Below are positions 29,029-38,321 of a DNA stretch of 43,635 bases, one piece after another. The stretch is from IMG/VR virus record IMGVR_UViG_3300038809_000010, positions 1-43,635 of that record. The stretch is one strand, 5' to 3'. Source of the stretch: a virus. Taxonomy: Duplodnaviria; Caudoviricetes. Within the stretch, counting starts at the first letter, position 1, and every line of letters begins with the position of its first letter. The notes beneath the pieces were generated by a model, which did no database searches, was not told where the DNA came from, and worked only from the letters and a program-made list of their open reading frames with translations. Both the position numbers and the translations under genes were made by a program.

Positions 29029-30069
29029 TTAAGTAAACCATTTCATATAAGGTATTCTCCTAATCACATCAATAATAAGTGTACATGCCGTTAATGTGAT
29101 AAATGCATTTAACGGTATGTTTATCCACTTAGATATATTGAATTCTGAAGTCGCTGTTATTGTTAAGGATAACACAATTATATGTAAACAATAAATTCCA
29201 AGTGAGTTTTTGGCAATGATTGCAGATGCTTTATTATTTTTAATGTTTAATAGCAGCATGAATAGACTAACACTATAAGTTAGCGTTAGAGGCGAGTTTA
29301 AGCCGCGAAATACCTCGCTTATTTCAAATGGAGTGCCGCTTGGTGACATTCTGATTGAGTCCCAATATGTTAGGGCTAGCATTAAAATTATGCTAATAAA
29401 AACAACTAATGCATGGGGGGCTTTTATTTTAAATAATGGTTTTTTGATATCTCGTAAGTAAGCGCCTAAGAAAAACCAACCGGACATTCCATAGAAAATA
29501 TGTAGGTTATAAATATCTATTATGTTGTTTTTTGATTCAGAGACGCCCATCATTGTTGGATATAGAAAATTAGTTATTAACCATAATCCTAAAAAACACA
29601 ATTTTTCTGCATGTGATGAATTGTTGTAAAATGGTATTAAAACTATGGCGGAAAGATAAACTCCTATCATCGAGTACAAAAACCAAAGGTGATAGTAAAT
29701 CGGGAAGATTACAAGTTGCTTGGAGAAATTCACCACAGACTTATAATCATCTTGCTTCCATATATAATAAATAATAGACCATGCTATTAATGGAAGAACT
29801 ACTCTTGGTAGTCTTCTGGTTAAAAATATTAATGGCGTGTAACTTTTATTAATGAGTAGAACGCCAGAAATCATAAAGAAAAACGGGACTGCGAATCTAG
29901 GGATTACACCATAGAAATTATTAGCCCACCACTCCGTTGGTGAGGAAATTATTGATGCGTGTATTAATATTACGGCAAAGCAGGCTAGTGCTCTCATGTT
30001 AATAAGAGCTGATGAAAGTCTGTTTTCAAAATTCATATCGTTGTTGTTATTTATATTATTCATTTTCAT
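29029..30069 (-). CDS. Membrane acyltransferase family 3 (WecH/YiaH/OafA-like), putative surface-polysaccharide O-acetyltransferase
   Basis: MRALACFAVILIH, AVPFFFMISG, RRLPR, YHLWFLY, SLGIYCLH; many TM segments; strongly AT-rich. Confidence 0.88.
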   Translation of the reverse strand: MKMNNINNNNDMNFENRLSSALINMRALACFAVILIHASIISSPTEWWANNFYGVIPRFAVPFFFMISGVLLINKSYTPLIFLTRRLPRVVLPLIAWSIIYYIWKQDDYKSVVNFSKQLVIFPIYYHLWFLYSMIGVYLSAIVLIPFYNNSSHAEKLCFLGLWLITNFLYPTMMGVSESKNNIIDIYNLHIFYGMSGWFFLGAYLRDIKKPLFKIKAPHALVVFISIILMLALTYWDSIRMSPSGTPFEISEVFRGLNSPLTLTYSVSLFMLLLNIKNNKASAIIAKNSLGIYCLHIIVLSLTITATSEFNISKWINIPLNAFITLTACTLIIDVIRRIPYMKWFT

Positions 30070-30157
30070 TTCTTAAATATTTAGCTTGTTGAATGATAGC
30101 TATACAGAGCTATTTGTCAATCTTATATATACAACTATCTCATTGATAGGAATTAAT

Positions 30158-32014
30158 ATGGCTCAAAGATACAATACCGGGAACCCTCGTTCTTCAAACA
30201 GCATGAAGGATGTGAACGATAACGCAATAGCGTTTGACGAGTACATCAACGGTGAAGGTGATGAAGCATACGATAGGTTTGGAAAGCCCTTTCCGACGGT
30301 GCGCAGAGCTGTTGCCGATCGGATAAATGAGATAACTGGAGCCAGTAGGGATGCTGAAGAGTATGCGAAGGATGCAAAGGTGTCGGCTGATAACGCTCAG
30401 AATATCGCTGACGCCAATACGTACTACACCACGCCAGAAGACCCAGACGGAACGATCGCAGGTTTAGCGGGCACACCTGATGGTAAGTCATTTCGTGTTG
30501 CCATTCAGGATGCAACGTTGTCTGTCGTTGCCTTCAATTACTACCTAAATAAAGGTGGTGTCGCGGAGTTCATCACCTCATATCCGAATAAGCGATATCT
30601 CGACATGGTAAGTGCGTTGGCTACATCTACCGATACGCGAACGCAAGGGTTACGGATGGAAAGCGAGTCTGTCTATCCAGGGGAATGGTTAACAGAGGAT
30701 GGCGACGGACTTTTATTTTTTGGTTTTGATGGCACGACTAATGCGCCAGGAGGCGTTGTGACTAAAAGCGTAGAGACAAAAAAGATTACTGCGGTATCAG
30801 AACCTGACGATCTTTATCCTCTCGCTGAACTGACACTGGATGATGATGTTCTTTTTGCTACAGATCCCACAACTGGACGCAAGATTTATATGGGGGAGCC
30901 GCTGCATAATCATCGAGGGCCGCTCTCTGGTGATTGCTTTGTTATTGGTGATTCGCTTCCTGCTTATGGTGTTGCTTGGTCAGGGGATAATAATACGGGC
31001 GAAAACCGTGCTCCATGCCTCAATGATAAAGGATTTTATACCTGGGCCATGATGCAGTCTCTTGGGAGAGTCAGGGTTACAGGTGTCTCAGCAACTGGCG
31101 GCTATACGGTGAGTCAAGTTTGGGCGGGGCACTTATCGAATGCGATAGCGGCAAAGCCCACTTTTTGCCCTGTAATGTGTGGGCGCAATGACATCTTACA
31201 GGGTGTTGATCTTGATAACGTAACAATACCCGCATTTGAGATGATATTCCTTCAACTACGATGGGCAGGGATCATTCCTGTTGTGTGCACGATGGCGGCC
31301 CAGTCCAACGGGAGTGATGATGTTCATCGTGCGAATGAGCATAAACTCAATAACTGGCTACGTGCTTATGCTCGGAAGTATCGCCTTCCATTGGTCGATT
31401 TTCATCGATACACAGTTAATCCAACAACCGGTAGTTGGCTACCTGGCTACAACCGTGATGCCTCACATCCCACAGGTGAAGGTGCCAAAGCAATGGGCAA
31501 GGCAATGGTCGATGGGCTGCTGCAGTGGACCGCTACTACCTTTCCACCAAGGGCTGACGAACAAATCGCTGCTGGTCTGACAGCTAACCTTCTGGCTAAC
31601 CCATTATTCCTGAATAACGACGGCGCGAATCCAACGGACTGGACAATAACAACTGCCGGTACTGCATCGATCAGCCAAGATCCAGCGGTAAAAGGAAATG
31701 TTTGGAATTTATCTAACCATGCAGCCTCTCTTGGGGTAACTGCTGTGCCGGGGAAGCGTTATCAATTCGGCGTTTTAATGAAAACTGCCGGGAGTAATTT
31801 ATTTGAATGCTATGCATTGTCAGGTGGTGGCAGCTCAACCACCCATCTGGCCGGTGTCCGTAAGTGGGGTACACCAACTGATGGTTGGGTTTATTTCTGT
31901 TATGAGTTTGTTGTCCCTGATGGAACTCCAGACATCACATTAAAAGTAAGCGCTGCAACATCACAGTGTTCTATCGGGGAAATAAATCTGATTAAAATTA
32001 CGGAGATTGAATAA
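30158..32014 (+). CDS. Tailspike/receptor-binding protein with SGNH/GDSL esterase domain
   Basis: Anchor-like MAQRYNTGNP N-terminus; GDSL, ATGG, GRND, DASHP blocks; beta-sandwich-like C-terminus. Confidence 0.8.
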   Translation: MAQRYNTGNPRSSNSMKDVNDNAIAFDEYINGEGDEAYDRFGKPFPTVRRAVADRINEITGASRDAEEYAKDAKVSADNAQNIADANTYYTTPEDPDGTIAGLAGTPDGKSFRVAIQDATLSVVAFNYYLNKGGVAEFITSYPNKRYLDMVSALATSTDTRTQGLRMESESVYPGEWLTEDGDGLLFFGFDGTTNAPGGVVTKSVETKKITAVSEPDDLYPLAELTLDDDVLFATDPTTGRKIYMGEPLHNHRGPLSGDCFVIGDSLPAYGVAWSGDNNTGENRAPCLNDKGFYTWAMMQSLGRVRVTGVSATGGYTVSQVWAGHLSNAIAAKPTFCPVMCGRNDILQGVDLDNVTIPAFEMIFLQLRWAGIIPVVCTMAAQSNGSDDVHRANEHKLNNWLRAYARKYRLPLVDFHRYTVNPTTGSWLPGYNRDASHPTGEGAKAMGKAMVDGLLQWTATTFPPRADEQIAAGLTANLLANPLFLNNDGANPTDWTITTAGTASISQDPAVKGNVWNLSNHAASLGVTAVPGKRYQFGVLMKTAGSNLFECYALSGGGSSTTHLAGVRKWGTPTDGWVYFCYEFVVPDGTPDITLKVSAATSQCSIGEINLIKITEIE

Positions 32015-32727
32015 TGAGAACTTATGTCCCGATACGTGGAATCCCAGGCTTGCCTAAAATTAACCCAGCAGCTGGTTTACTGAGCGATACCATGATGGTG
32101 GGTTATAAGATGCTCAGTAATGAAGATTTCAGTGGTAATGGTCATCACTTTTCATACGCTGGTAGCTTCAACGAGCAGGGTGCGGTTCTGGCAAATGACG
32201 TGAATCATATAATCACCACCCCGGTATTCGAAGAAAATGAGATGACAGTAATCATCTGTGAGAATATTCCAATGAGTAACCCGGTGGCATCAATTATGAG
32301 TAACTTAAAAATTGATGCATCTCCGTGGCAAGGAGTAAGGCTGACTAAATCAGCTGGGGCTGGTCAAATGACAGGGCAATTTGATATTGCAAAAACGGGC
32401 AACGCTTTGACTTCTGCAACGCTACAAATCGACAATGGCTGGATGCTTAAAGCATACACATGGAATGGTTCTAACCTCCGCATCATTCAGCGTGCTGGGA
32501 GATTTACTGATCAAGCGTTACCGAGCCGCGTTAAAGGAACGGTTAACCCATTCCGGTTTAATGGCATACCAGCAAACATCGGTGGGGGGACGATCACTGG
32601 CGGGGTGGTGTCAGGAACGCTCGGGCCAGTAGTGGTGTATAACGAATATATGGATGTTAACAAAGCCGTCAATTACATGGGATTGATTGCACAAATGATG
32701 GCGCGTCGAGGTGTGCCAGGGCTTTAG
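32014..32727 (+). CDS. Hypothetical beta-rich protein, possible tailspike partner
   Basis: TAATG coupling to the tailspike gene; beta-strand-like pattern. Confidence 0.6.
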   Translation: MRTYVPIRGIPGLPKINPAAGLLSDTMMVGYKMLSNEDFSGNGHHFSYAGSFNEQGAVLANDVNHIITTPVFEENEMTVIICENIPMSNPVASIMSNLKIDASPWQGVRLTKSAGAGQMTGQFDIAKTGNALTSATLQIDNGWMLKAYTWNGSNLRIIQRAGRFTDQALPSRVKGTVNPFRFNGIPANIGGGTITGGVVSGTLGPVVVYNEYMDVNKAVNYMGLIAQMMARRGVPGL

Positions 32728-32740
32728 GGATTGGGCGGAG

Positions 32741-32896
32741 CTATCTCCGCCTTCTCCAGTCCCATTCGGCATGGGCCCAGATGGCAAGCATCACCCAGCT
32801 TGAGATGAACATGACATCAGGCCAGCGCGTGAAGCCAGTGATAATGGAAGTAGCGGAAATCAGTGCTGCGATCCGTGTCAGCGTTTTGATGGGCAT
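32741..32896 (-). CDS. Possible 51-aa membrane peptide
   Basis: MPIKTLTRIAALISATSIITGFTRWPDVMFISSWVMLAIWAHAEWDWRRRR*; no clear SD. Confidence 0.3.
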   Translation of the reverse strand: MPIKTLTRIAALISATSIITGFTRWPDVMFISSWVMLAIWAHAEWDWRRRR

Positions 32897-33136
32897 TAGA
32901 AGACCAAGACAAGGGGATTAATCCGATATGTTGAGGCTGTATCAAAAATTGTTCAAATTGGTTTCGTAGATCAATTATCTCGTATCGATCGTTGAAATCG
33001 ATCGCAATTCGAATTATTTACCTGCGCTATTAATAATCAATTTTTCCGATGACTGGGGATGCTGCCATTGTGTCAATCCGGGGATGTCATGGAGTAATGG
33101 TAGCTGAGGTGACTGGCCGGGGCGTTCAGACCCCGG

Positions 33137-33379
33137 CTATTTCTTGTCGAGGTCGGAGAAGTCGAAGGCGATAGCTGCCTCAATGGCGTCACCCTGTGTT
33201 GCAAACGGAGTTTCTGAAACTAATTGCCAGCCTTGATTGTGCAAAGTGTACATCCAGTGCTGGTGTTCCTCATCTTCACGGATAGCAAACATTGAAGCGC
33301 TATCCCTGTGGGATTTTGGAAATCGCTCGTTTTCTGTCAGAACGTAGATCTGAATACCGGATATGGTGAAGCTGCCCAT
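33137..33379 (-). CDS. Hypothetical protein next to attP
   Basis: 80-aa ORF followed by hairpin gccgggg...ccccggc. Confidence 0.55.
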   Translation of the reverse strand: MGSFTISGIQIYVLTENERFPKSHRDSASMFAIREDEEHQHWMYTLHNQGWQLVSETPFATQGDAIEAAIAFDFSDLDKK

Positions 33380-33399
33380 TGCAGACCTTGAGTGGATTT

Positions 33400-33641
33400 A
33401 AGCTGATAAATCTAGTTTGGTTAATAAAAAACCACCATGCAACTGTTTGATTTTGTTAGGTGCGAAATGGTGGTTTTTCGGTGTAATAGGAATGACGATA
33501 TTATGATCTATCTTATTGAATAATATAAATAATTATGTATATTCGTTTACATTCCAGTTACGAAGCTCGACTTCTTTTTTAATGATTTAAAATCAATAGG
33601 TTAGAGTGTCGATGTAAAGTAGTAGTAAAATTTTGGTAATA
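33400..33641. other. attP-like region
   Basis: AT-rich, downstream of int; IHF consensus WATCAANNNNTTR at 33440-33452 (-) and 33591-33603 (+); inverted repeat aaaaaccacca/tggtggttttt. Confidence 0.7.
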
Positions 33642-34727
33642 CTATACCACCTTTACGGTGATCCATTCAGCCCCTCTTGTATCACGATAGAGGTCTGTCA
33701 TGGCTGCTGTTTTGTGCCCCATGATAGCCTGAGCCACCTCTTTACCGTAAAGGTCGGTATACAGACGCGCTGCTAGGCTGCGTATTTCATGGAGGCTTGG
33801 TTCGGTGCCAGGCCATCTTAAATCAGTTTTATCCCTGGCGGTGCTGAATCCCTTTGATAGAGTACCGGGCTTTAATCCAGACCCTTTTTTAGTGCCCCTA
33901 ACTGTGTGAAGTAAATATTTGCTTACGACACCAGACGTGCGGCATCTTGAAATGACCTCCTCCAACACCAACCCCTCACCCGGAATAGAAAGGCTCAGCG
34001 GTAAAGAAACCCTGGCGCCGGTCTTGATCTGTACTACCCACAAAAAACCATCACGGACGTCTTTAAATTTCATCTCGGCCAGATCCTCGCGCCGCTGGCC
34101 AGTAACAAGGGCTAGGTCGAACATATTTTTTACCCATTGTTCCTGGTCACCGGTAGCGCCCAATATTTGGTTGTATTCGGTCACTGTCAGGCGGCTTCTC
34201 AGCACCTTGTTTGCTGGTGCTTTCGTCGGTGTTACTGGGTTCTCTTTGATGTGGCCGGCTGCGATTGCTTCGTTGAACGCGTCATTCAATATCTGTCGCA
34301 GTTTGACTGCCGTGGCTTTTTTTCCCTGCTGCACATAACTATCCATCATGCCTGCCACATCTTTTGTCGTGACCCGTGAAAGCAACAAATCCCCGATCTG
34401 GTCTTTGATATAACCAATCTGAAGCCCACGCTGGCGAAGAGTGCCATCAGCCAATTCGCGCTTTTTGAGGATCCCCAAAAAGTTATCAAGGTAGTTACCA
34501 AGCGTCAGAATATCGGCACCCTGCAGCCTGTCCGCAAGACGCACTTTGCTCTGCAGGTTGTATATCAGCAGATTGGCTTCTACAGCCTCGTTTATGGCAT
34601 CAGTTTTATCGGTACCGAGGCCGTAGCGTTTCCCATCGCGAGGGTCACGCCATTGATAATTGCCGTTGCTTTCGTACAGGTTGGGCGGCAGGTCTTTGTG
34701 TTTCCTACTTCTCGGTCTGGCGGCCAT
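33642..34727 (-). CDS. int: Tyrosine integrase, lambda-type
   Basis: N-terminal arm-binding domain; TGQRRED, KT, HEIRSL, MGH, Y catalytic residues. Confidence 0.95.
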   Translation of the reverse strand: MAARPRSRKHKDLPPNLYESNGNYQWRDPRDGKRYGLGTDKTDAINEAVEANLLIYNLQSKVRLADRLQGADILTLGNYLDNFLGILKKRELADGTLRQRGLQIGYIKDQIGDLLLSRVTTKDVAGMMDSYVQQGKKATAVKLRQILNDAFNEAIAAGHIKENPVTPTKAPANKVLRSRLTVTEYNQILGATGDQEQWVKNMFDLALVTGQRREDLAEMKFKDVRDGFLWVVQIKTGARVSLPLSLSIPGEGLVLEEVISRCRTSGVVSKYLLHTVRGTKKGSGLKPGTLSKGFSTARDKTDLRWPGTEPSLHEIRSLAARLYTDLYGKEVAQAIMGHKTAAMTDLYRDTRGAEWITVKVV

Positions 34728-34953
34728 GAATACGCTCCGCTAATTTATATTTGTTGATGGGTTTGGCTTTTTTGGCTACATCCTTTGGGTTATGTGGGTT
34801 CACATATTTCGCACCCCGATAAACCCACCAATTACGGCCTATTTTTTCCGCCGGAGGGTATATGCGGCCAGTGCGGGCCCACATCCAAAGAGTGCCCTTT
34901 TTATAAGGCTGGCTGAATTCATCTGCAGCCCATTCCACCAAAGTGATCTTCAT
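34705..34953 (-). CDS. xis: Excisionase
   Basis: ITLVEWA...TLWMWARTGRIYPPAEKIGRNWWV; overlaps int start. Confidence 0.85.
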   Translation of the reverse strand: MKITLVEWAADEFSQPYKKGTLWMWARTGRIYPPAEKIGRNWWVYRGAKYVNPHNPKDVAKKAKPINKYKLAERIHGRQTEK

Positions 34954-34999
34954 GGCTTTCTCCACACGATAAAGGCCCGCTGCAACGGGCCGGTAAGAA

Positions 35000-35578
35000 T
35001 TACAGCTCGGTCGGTTGCTGGTGGGGTGCCAGTAATCGCTGGTGGATTGCCGACACATACCGCGCCTGGTGAATGGCATCAGCCAACGCATTATGACGTT
35101 CGCCGTCGAATGGCAGATCACGTTTCGGGTCAAAGCCTATCTGCCGGCCGAGGCTCACAATAGTGCGCACGTCCAAATCGTTGTACCAGTTCCAGCATGG
35201 CGCCACGCCGCAACGCTCATATGCCCCACGCAGGATGACATTATCGAAGGCGGCACCGTTGCCCCAGACCTTCAGGTACTTCGGCTGCTCGCAGCTGAGA
35301 GCTACAAAACTGGAAAGGGCATTGAGGGCATCAGCTATTGGCTTCGCCTGGTCATTGGTGATCGCCGCCCTGGCCTCGCTGCTTTGCATCAACCACCAGT
35401 TAATGGTATCGCCATCGGGAACGGCGCCGGCGGCCAGCTCACTGACGAGATTCACCGCGGTATAGAACTGCGGGCCCAGTTCACCGGTGGCGGGGTCGAA
35501 GAACACAGCACCGATCGCCACGATTGGCGCGTTGGGCTTGTTGCCCATGGTTTCCAGGTCAATCATTAGGTTGTTCAT
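35000..35578 (-). CDS. 3'-5' exonuclease (DEDD, DUF5051-like)
   Basis: MIDLETMG, WGNGAAFD, HNALADA. Confidence 0.88.
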   Translation of the reverse strand: MNNLMIDLETMGNKPNAPIVAIGAVFFDPATGELGPQFYTAVNLVSELAAGAVPDGDTINWWLMQSSEARAAITNDQAKPIADALNALSSFVALSCEQPKYLKVWGNGAAFDNVILRGAYERCGVAPCWNWYNDLDVRTIVSLGRQIGFDPKRDLPFDGERHNALADAIHQARYVSAIHQRLLAPHQQPTEL

Positions 35579-35961
35579 TGTTTTTCACCTTGTGTTGGAG
35601 CTACAAGCCGCTGTAACTCCTCCTCTGCCTTCTCGCTCCACTTATCACCATGTTCCAGGTAATGCCCCAACATGAAATAAATCACAGCAGCCTGCTCTGC
35701 CTCTGCTTTTCTCGGGATGTCATGGCCACCAGCTCGCAGCCCCTGCGCTATGTGACAGCATTGGAAGTTAGGGCGGCCGAGAATGTTCGCTAATTCAGCG
35801 GTCAGAGGCGGGAGTTTGCCCAGCCCTGGCGCGGTGGCTTTCAAGTCTTCGATTTGGCGGCGTAACCCTTTCTCGCAGTCGTGCGAACCACTGAAACCAC
35901 GCTTCCAACTAAACCCGCAATCACAGTTAAAAGTATCGCCTACCTCTGTTATGTTCATCAC
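35575..35961 (-). CDS. Hypothetical phage protein
   Basis: Overlap-coupled ORF; CDCG...HDC motif. Confidence 0.65.
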   Translation of the reverse strand: MMNITEVGDTFNCDCGFSWKRGFSGSHDCEKGLRRQIEDLKATAPGLGKLPPLTAELANILGRPNFQCCHIAQGLRAGGHDIPRKAEAEQAAVIYFMLGHYLEHGDKWSEKAEEELQRLVAPTQGEKQ

Positions 35962-36272
35962 TCATCATCCTCATCGACCATAACCAACTGCGTATCGTCC
36001 GGCACATCTATGGTCAACTGGACGCTGTAACCGCGCTCATGCATGGTGAATGACACCGGCCATGCTGGGACTGGTTTTCCTTCCTCTACCTGCCCCAGAC
36101 CAATTGCCCAGCAGCCATCATCGGTATAGGTGGCGACCACCAATACTTCACCTTCAGCTGATTTCAGGTGATAAATTCCCAGCTCGTTAAAGCAGCCGAT
36201 CTCTTCGCGGATCGCGCCTTCAACCTCAAACAGGTCATCGCTGGCGCCATAAAACTTCAGTGTTTTGCTCAT
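35958..36272 (-). CDS. Hypothetical phage protein
   Basis: FYGASDDLFEVEG; coupled ORF. Confidence 0.7.
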   Translation of the reverse strand: MSKTLKFYGASDDLFEVEGAIREEIGCFNELGIYHLKSAEGEVLVVATYTDDGCWAIGLGQVEEGKPVPAWPVSFTMHERGYSVQLTIDVPDDTQLVMVDEDDE

Positions 36273-36790
36273 CAGTAGCCCCCACGACGAGTAGCCAAAC
36301 GGATACGTTGATAAATTTCACCAGCGTTGCTGCGTTCTTCGCCCAGCTCGCAAGCGCAGAAATAATCGTAAGCAGCCCGTGTGCATGATTGGTGCAGTCG
36401 GAGAAACTCGATTTTCAACGCCTCAACATGGCATCTGTTGATCAGGTCTGCCAGGGCTGTTGGTTCGCCCTCAATAGGGCGGAGCCAGTAGCAAACAGGG
36501 CCGTCCTCGGTATCGTGAATTGAACCGATAAACCAGCCATCACCATCTGGCGTGGTTGGGTTCCATTGGCTGATATCACCATCACCGGCTTCCAAGGCTT
36601 CCAGCTGTTCGTCAGTGACATCGCTTTCCATCCATTGGAGATGGCCAACGATTCGATTGGTATCCAGCCACGCTGCAAACTCACCAGGCGCTGCAAACTC
36701 TCCACCGTTCGCCGGCACAAAGTAATCAGGGTGTGTCCAGTAGCCGTTTTCATCCCGCTGCGGTTCAACTGCTGTGATTAACTTGGTCAT
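36272..36790 (-). CDS. Hypothetical phage protein
   Basis: Likely start MTKLIT; RDENGYWTHPD, GWFIGSIHDTEDGPVC. Confidence 0.7.
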   Translation of the reverse strand: MTKLITAVEPQRDENGYWTHPDYFVPANGGEFAAPGEFAAWLDTNRIVGHLQWMESDVTDEQLEALEAGDGDISQWNPTTPDGDGWFIGSIHDTEDGPVCYWLRPIEGEPTALADLINRCHVEALKIEFLRLHQSCTRAAYDYFCACELGEERSNAGEIYQRIRLATRRGGY

Positions 36791-36963
36791 GATATTGTGT
36801 CCTTTAGCCGGCGGATCCGGCCGTAATAATCGCCAATGTTCCAGAAGTGAATTTTCGTCCCGGGCTCTACCTGATCGGCGAAACGCCGTGGCACGAACCA
36901 CATGGAAACCTTTTTCTTCACAACGACGTTGCTCACTATTTGGGTGCTGGTGTGCTTAGCCAT
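36787..36963 (-). CDS. Hypothetical 58-aa protein (not in ORF track)
   Basis: MAKHTSTQ...RRLKDTIS*; fills the gap, ATGA overlap downstream. Confidence 0.55.
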   Translation of the reverse strand: MAKHTSTQIVSNVVVKKKVSMWFVPRRFADQVEPGTKIHFWNIGDYYGRIRRLKDTIS

Positions 36964-36966
36964 ATG

Positions 36967-37227
36967 TCACCCAGATTGCTTTGGCTGATAGAACGCATCC
37001 ATCAGGAAGCGCTTGCCGAGTTTGGTTAGTTTCCCGTGCAGCTTCTTCGTGAAGCCGATTTCCACCATGATGGTAGAGAGGGTGTGGCCAGACCATGAGT
37101 CACACGCAGCCTTAAGACACCCTTGCTCTAACAGCTTGCGTTTATTGACTGGGCCGAAGTTCGTACCCTCGAAAGTCTGTTCGATAAATTGATCTGTGAT
37201 GTGGTCACAGTTAACCGGCTTAGCCAT
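36967..37227 (-). CDS. Hypothetical phage protein
   Basis: 86-aa ORF in packed operon. Confidence 0.65.
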   Translation of the reverse strand: MAKPVNCDHITDQFIEQTFEGTNFGPVNKRKLLEQGCLKAACDSWSGHTLSTIMVEIGFTKKLHGKLTKLGKRFLMDAFYQPKQSG

Positions 37228-37525
37228 TGACGGCCTCCCGATTTTTAGCCAGCCACTGGCGGTTGCTTCGACATATCTGCGAGAGCATATTCAGCTCATT
37301 GAGAAAGCCGCACATGCCTTTAGCGGTTCGACGGATGCCAACCTTGTTGGATTTGCCAACTGAACGACGAGCTTTGCGCTGTGCCTTGCGGTTGTGCGCA
37401 TTGCACACTTCAATCCAGCGATCTTTTCCCCGGTTTTTGTAAGGTGCCCACGCCTTGAGTTGGCGCGACGCTTGTTCGATGCGATGTGCTTTTTCCAAAG
37501 CGTCAAGATAGGTCGCTTTACTCAT
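37220..37525 (-). CDS. Hypothetical basic protein
   Basis: 101-aa ORF in packed operon. Confidence 0.6.
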   Translation of the reverse strand: MSKATYLDALEKAHRIEQASRQLKAWAPYKNRGKDRWIEVCNAHNRKAQRKARRSVGKSNKVGIRRTAKGMCGFLNELNMLSQICRSNRQWLAKNREAVNG

Positions 37526-37707
37526 TTATCCCCCTGGCGCCGTGCCGGAATAACTCCATCAACCGGCAGGCATTCATACTGCGGTGGTAACTGCTGCTGG
37601 TGGATATCCGCCAGGCAGTTGCTTTGATCTGGATACACCCAGCCTTGCGGCACGAATTCGCACGGCTGGTACGTGTAGCAGACGAGCAGAAACAGGCCGA
37701 ACATCAC
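37522..37707 (-). CDS. DUF1482-like small protein
   Basis: MFGLFLLVC...VYP.Q.NC...ECLPVDGVIPA. Confidence 0.65.
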   Translation of the reverse strand: MMFGLFLLVCYTYQPCEFVPQGWVYPDQSNCLADIHQQQLPPQYECLPVDGVIPARRQGDK

Positions 37708-38237
37708 GCAGTCCTCTCGGCGGTCAGCTGGTGGAATCGCAGCATGAACATTGTGCGGGCCTGAATTGGGTTAACGGGGGATACCAGGATATCTTCCGAT
37801 GGCTGGATACCGTCGAGCATTGGCCATGGGGTGCCGTCGTCCAGTTCCAGATCCCGGCGTTCGGTGGCCAACAAAATGAGGTCAGCGAGTTTGACGATAG
37901 GGCTAATGGTTGCAGGCAGATCGAATTTTTGGCGGATCACAAAATCGATACTATTTTCGATGCCGCGATAATCTGGGATAAGTGCTTTCAGTGGTGACGG
38001 AATATCTTTGCAATAGGCCTCATGAGCATCATGTAATAATGCCTCTAATGCATATTCTTCCGGTACGATTTGACTCACTAAAACGCAATGTTGGGCGACG
38101 CTATAAAATTCAGGCAAGTGCCCAGCAAATCGGCACTCATGGGACAAGGCTTGTGCTGTATCCTCAATGCAAATACTTTCTTTGGTAGGGTTTTTATAAT
38201 CAAAACGCTTTCCGGTGAATGTTTTAATCCACGACAT
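37704..38237 (-). CDS. yfdR: HD-domain protein, YfdR-like
   Basis: RFAGH...YSVAQH, ALLHDAHEAY; follows yfdQ-like gene. Confidence 0.8.
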   Translation of the reverse strand: MSWIKTFTGKRFDYKNPTKESICIEDTAQALSHECRFAGHLPEFYSVAQHCVLVSQIVPEEYALEALLHDAHEAYCKDIPSPLKALIPDYRGIENSIDFVIRQKFDLPATISPIVKLADLILLATERRDLELDDGTPWPMLDGIQPSEDILVSPVNPIQARTMFMLRFHQLTAERTA

Positions 38238-38321
38238 AAATATTTCTCCACACAGTTTTAGGCAACACTTCACCAAATACCCCATTGCTGGGGTATTTGA
38301 GGCTGTATTACTGAGGTTTAA

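Noticed and set aside
28174-32727. Invertible tail-fibre cassette (Mu G-segment type)
   Set aside because: No serine invertase and no flanking inverted crossover sites seen; the reversed gene is an acyltransferase
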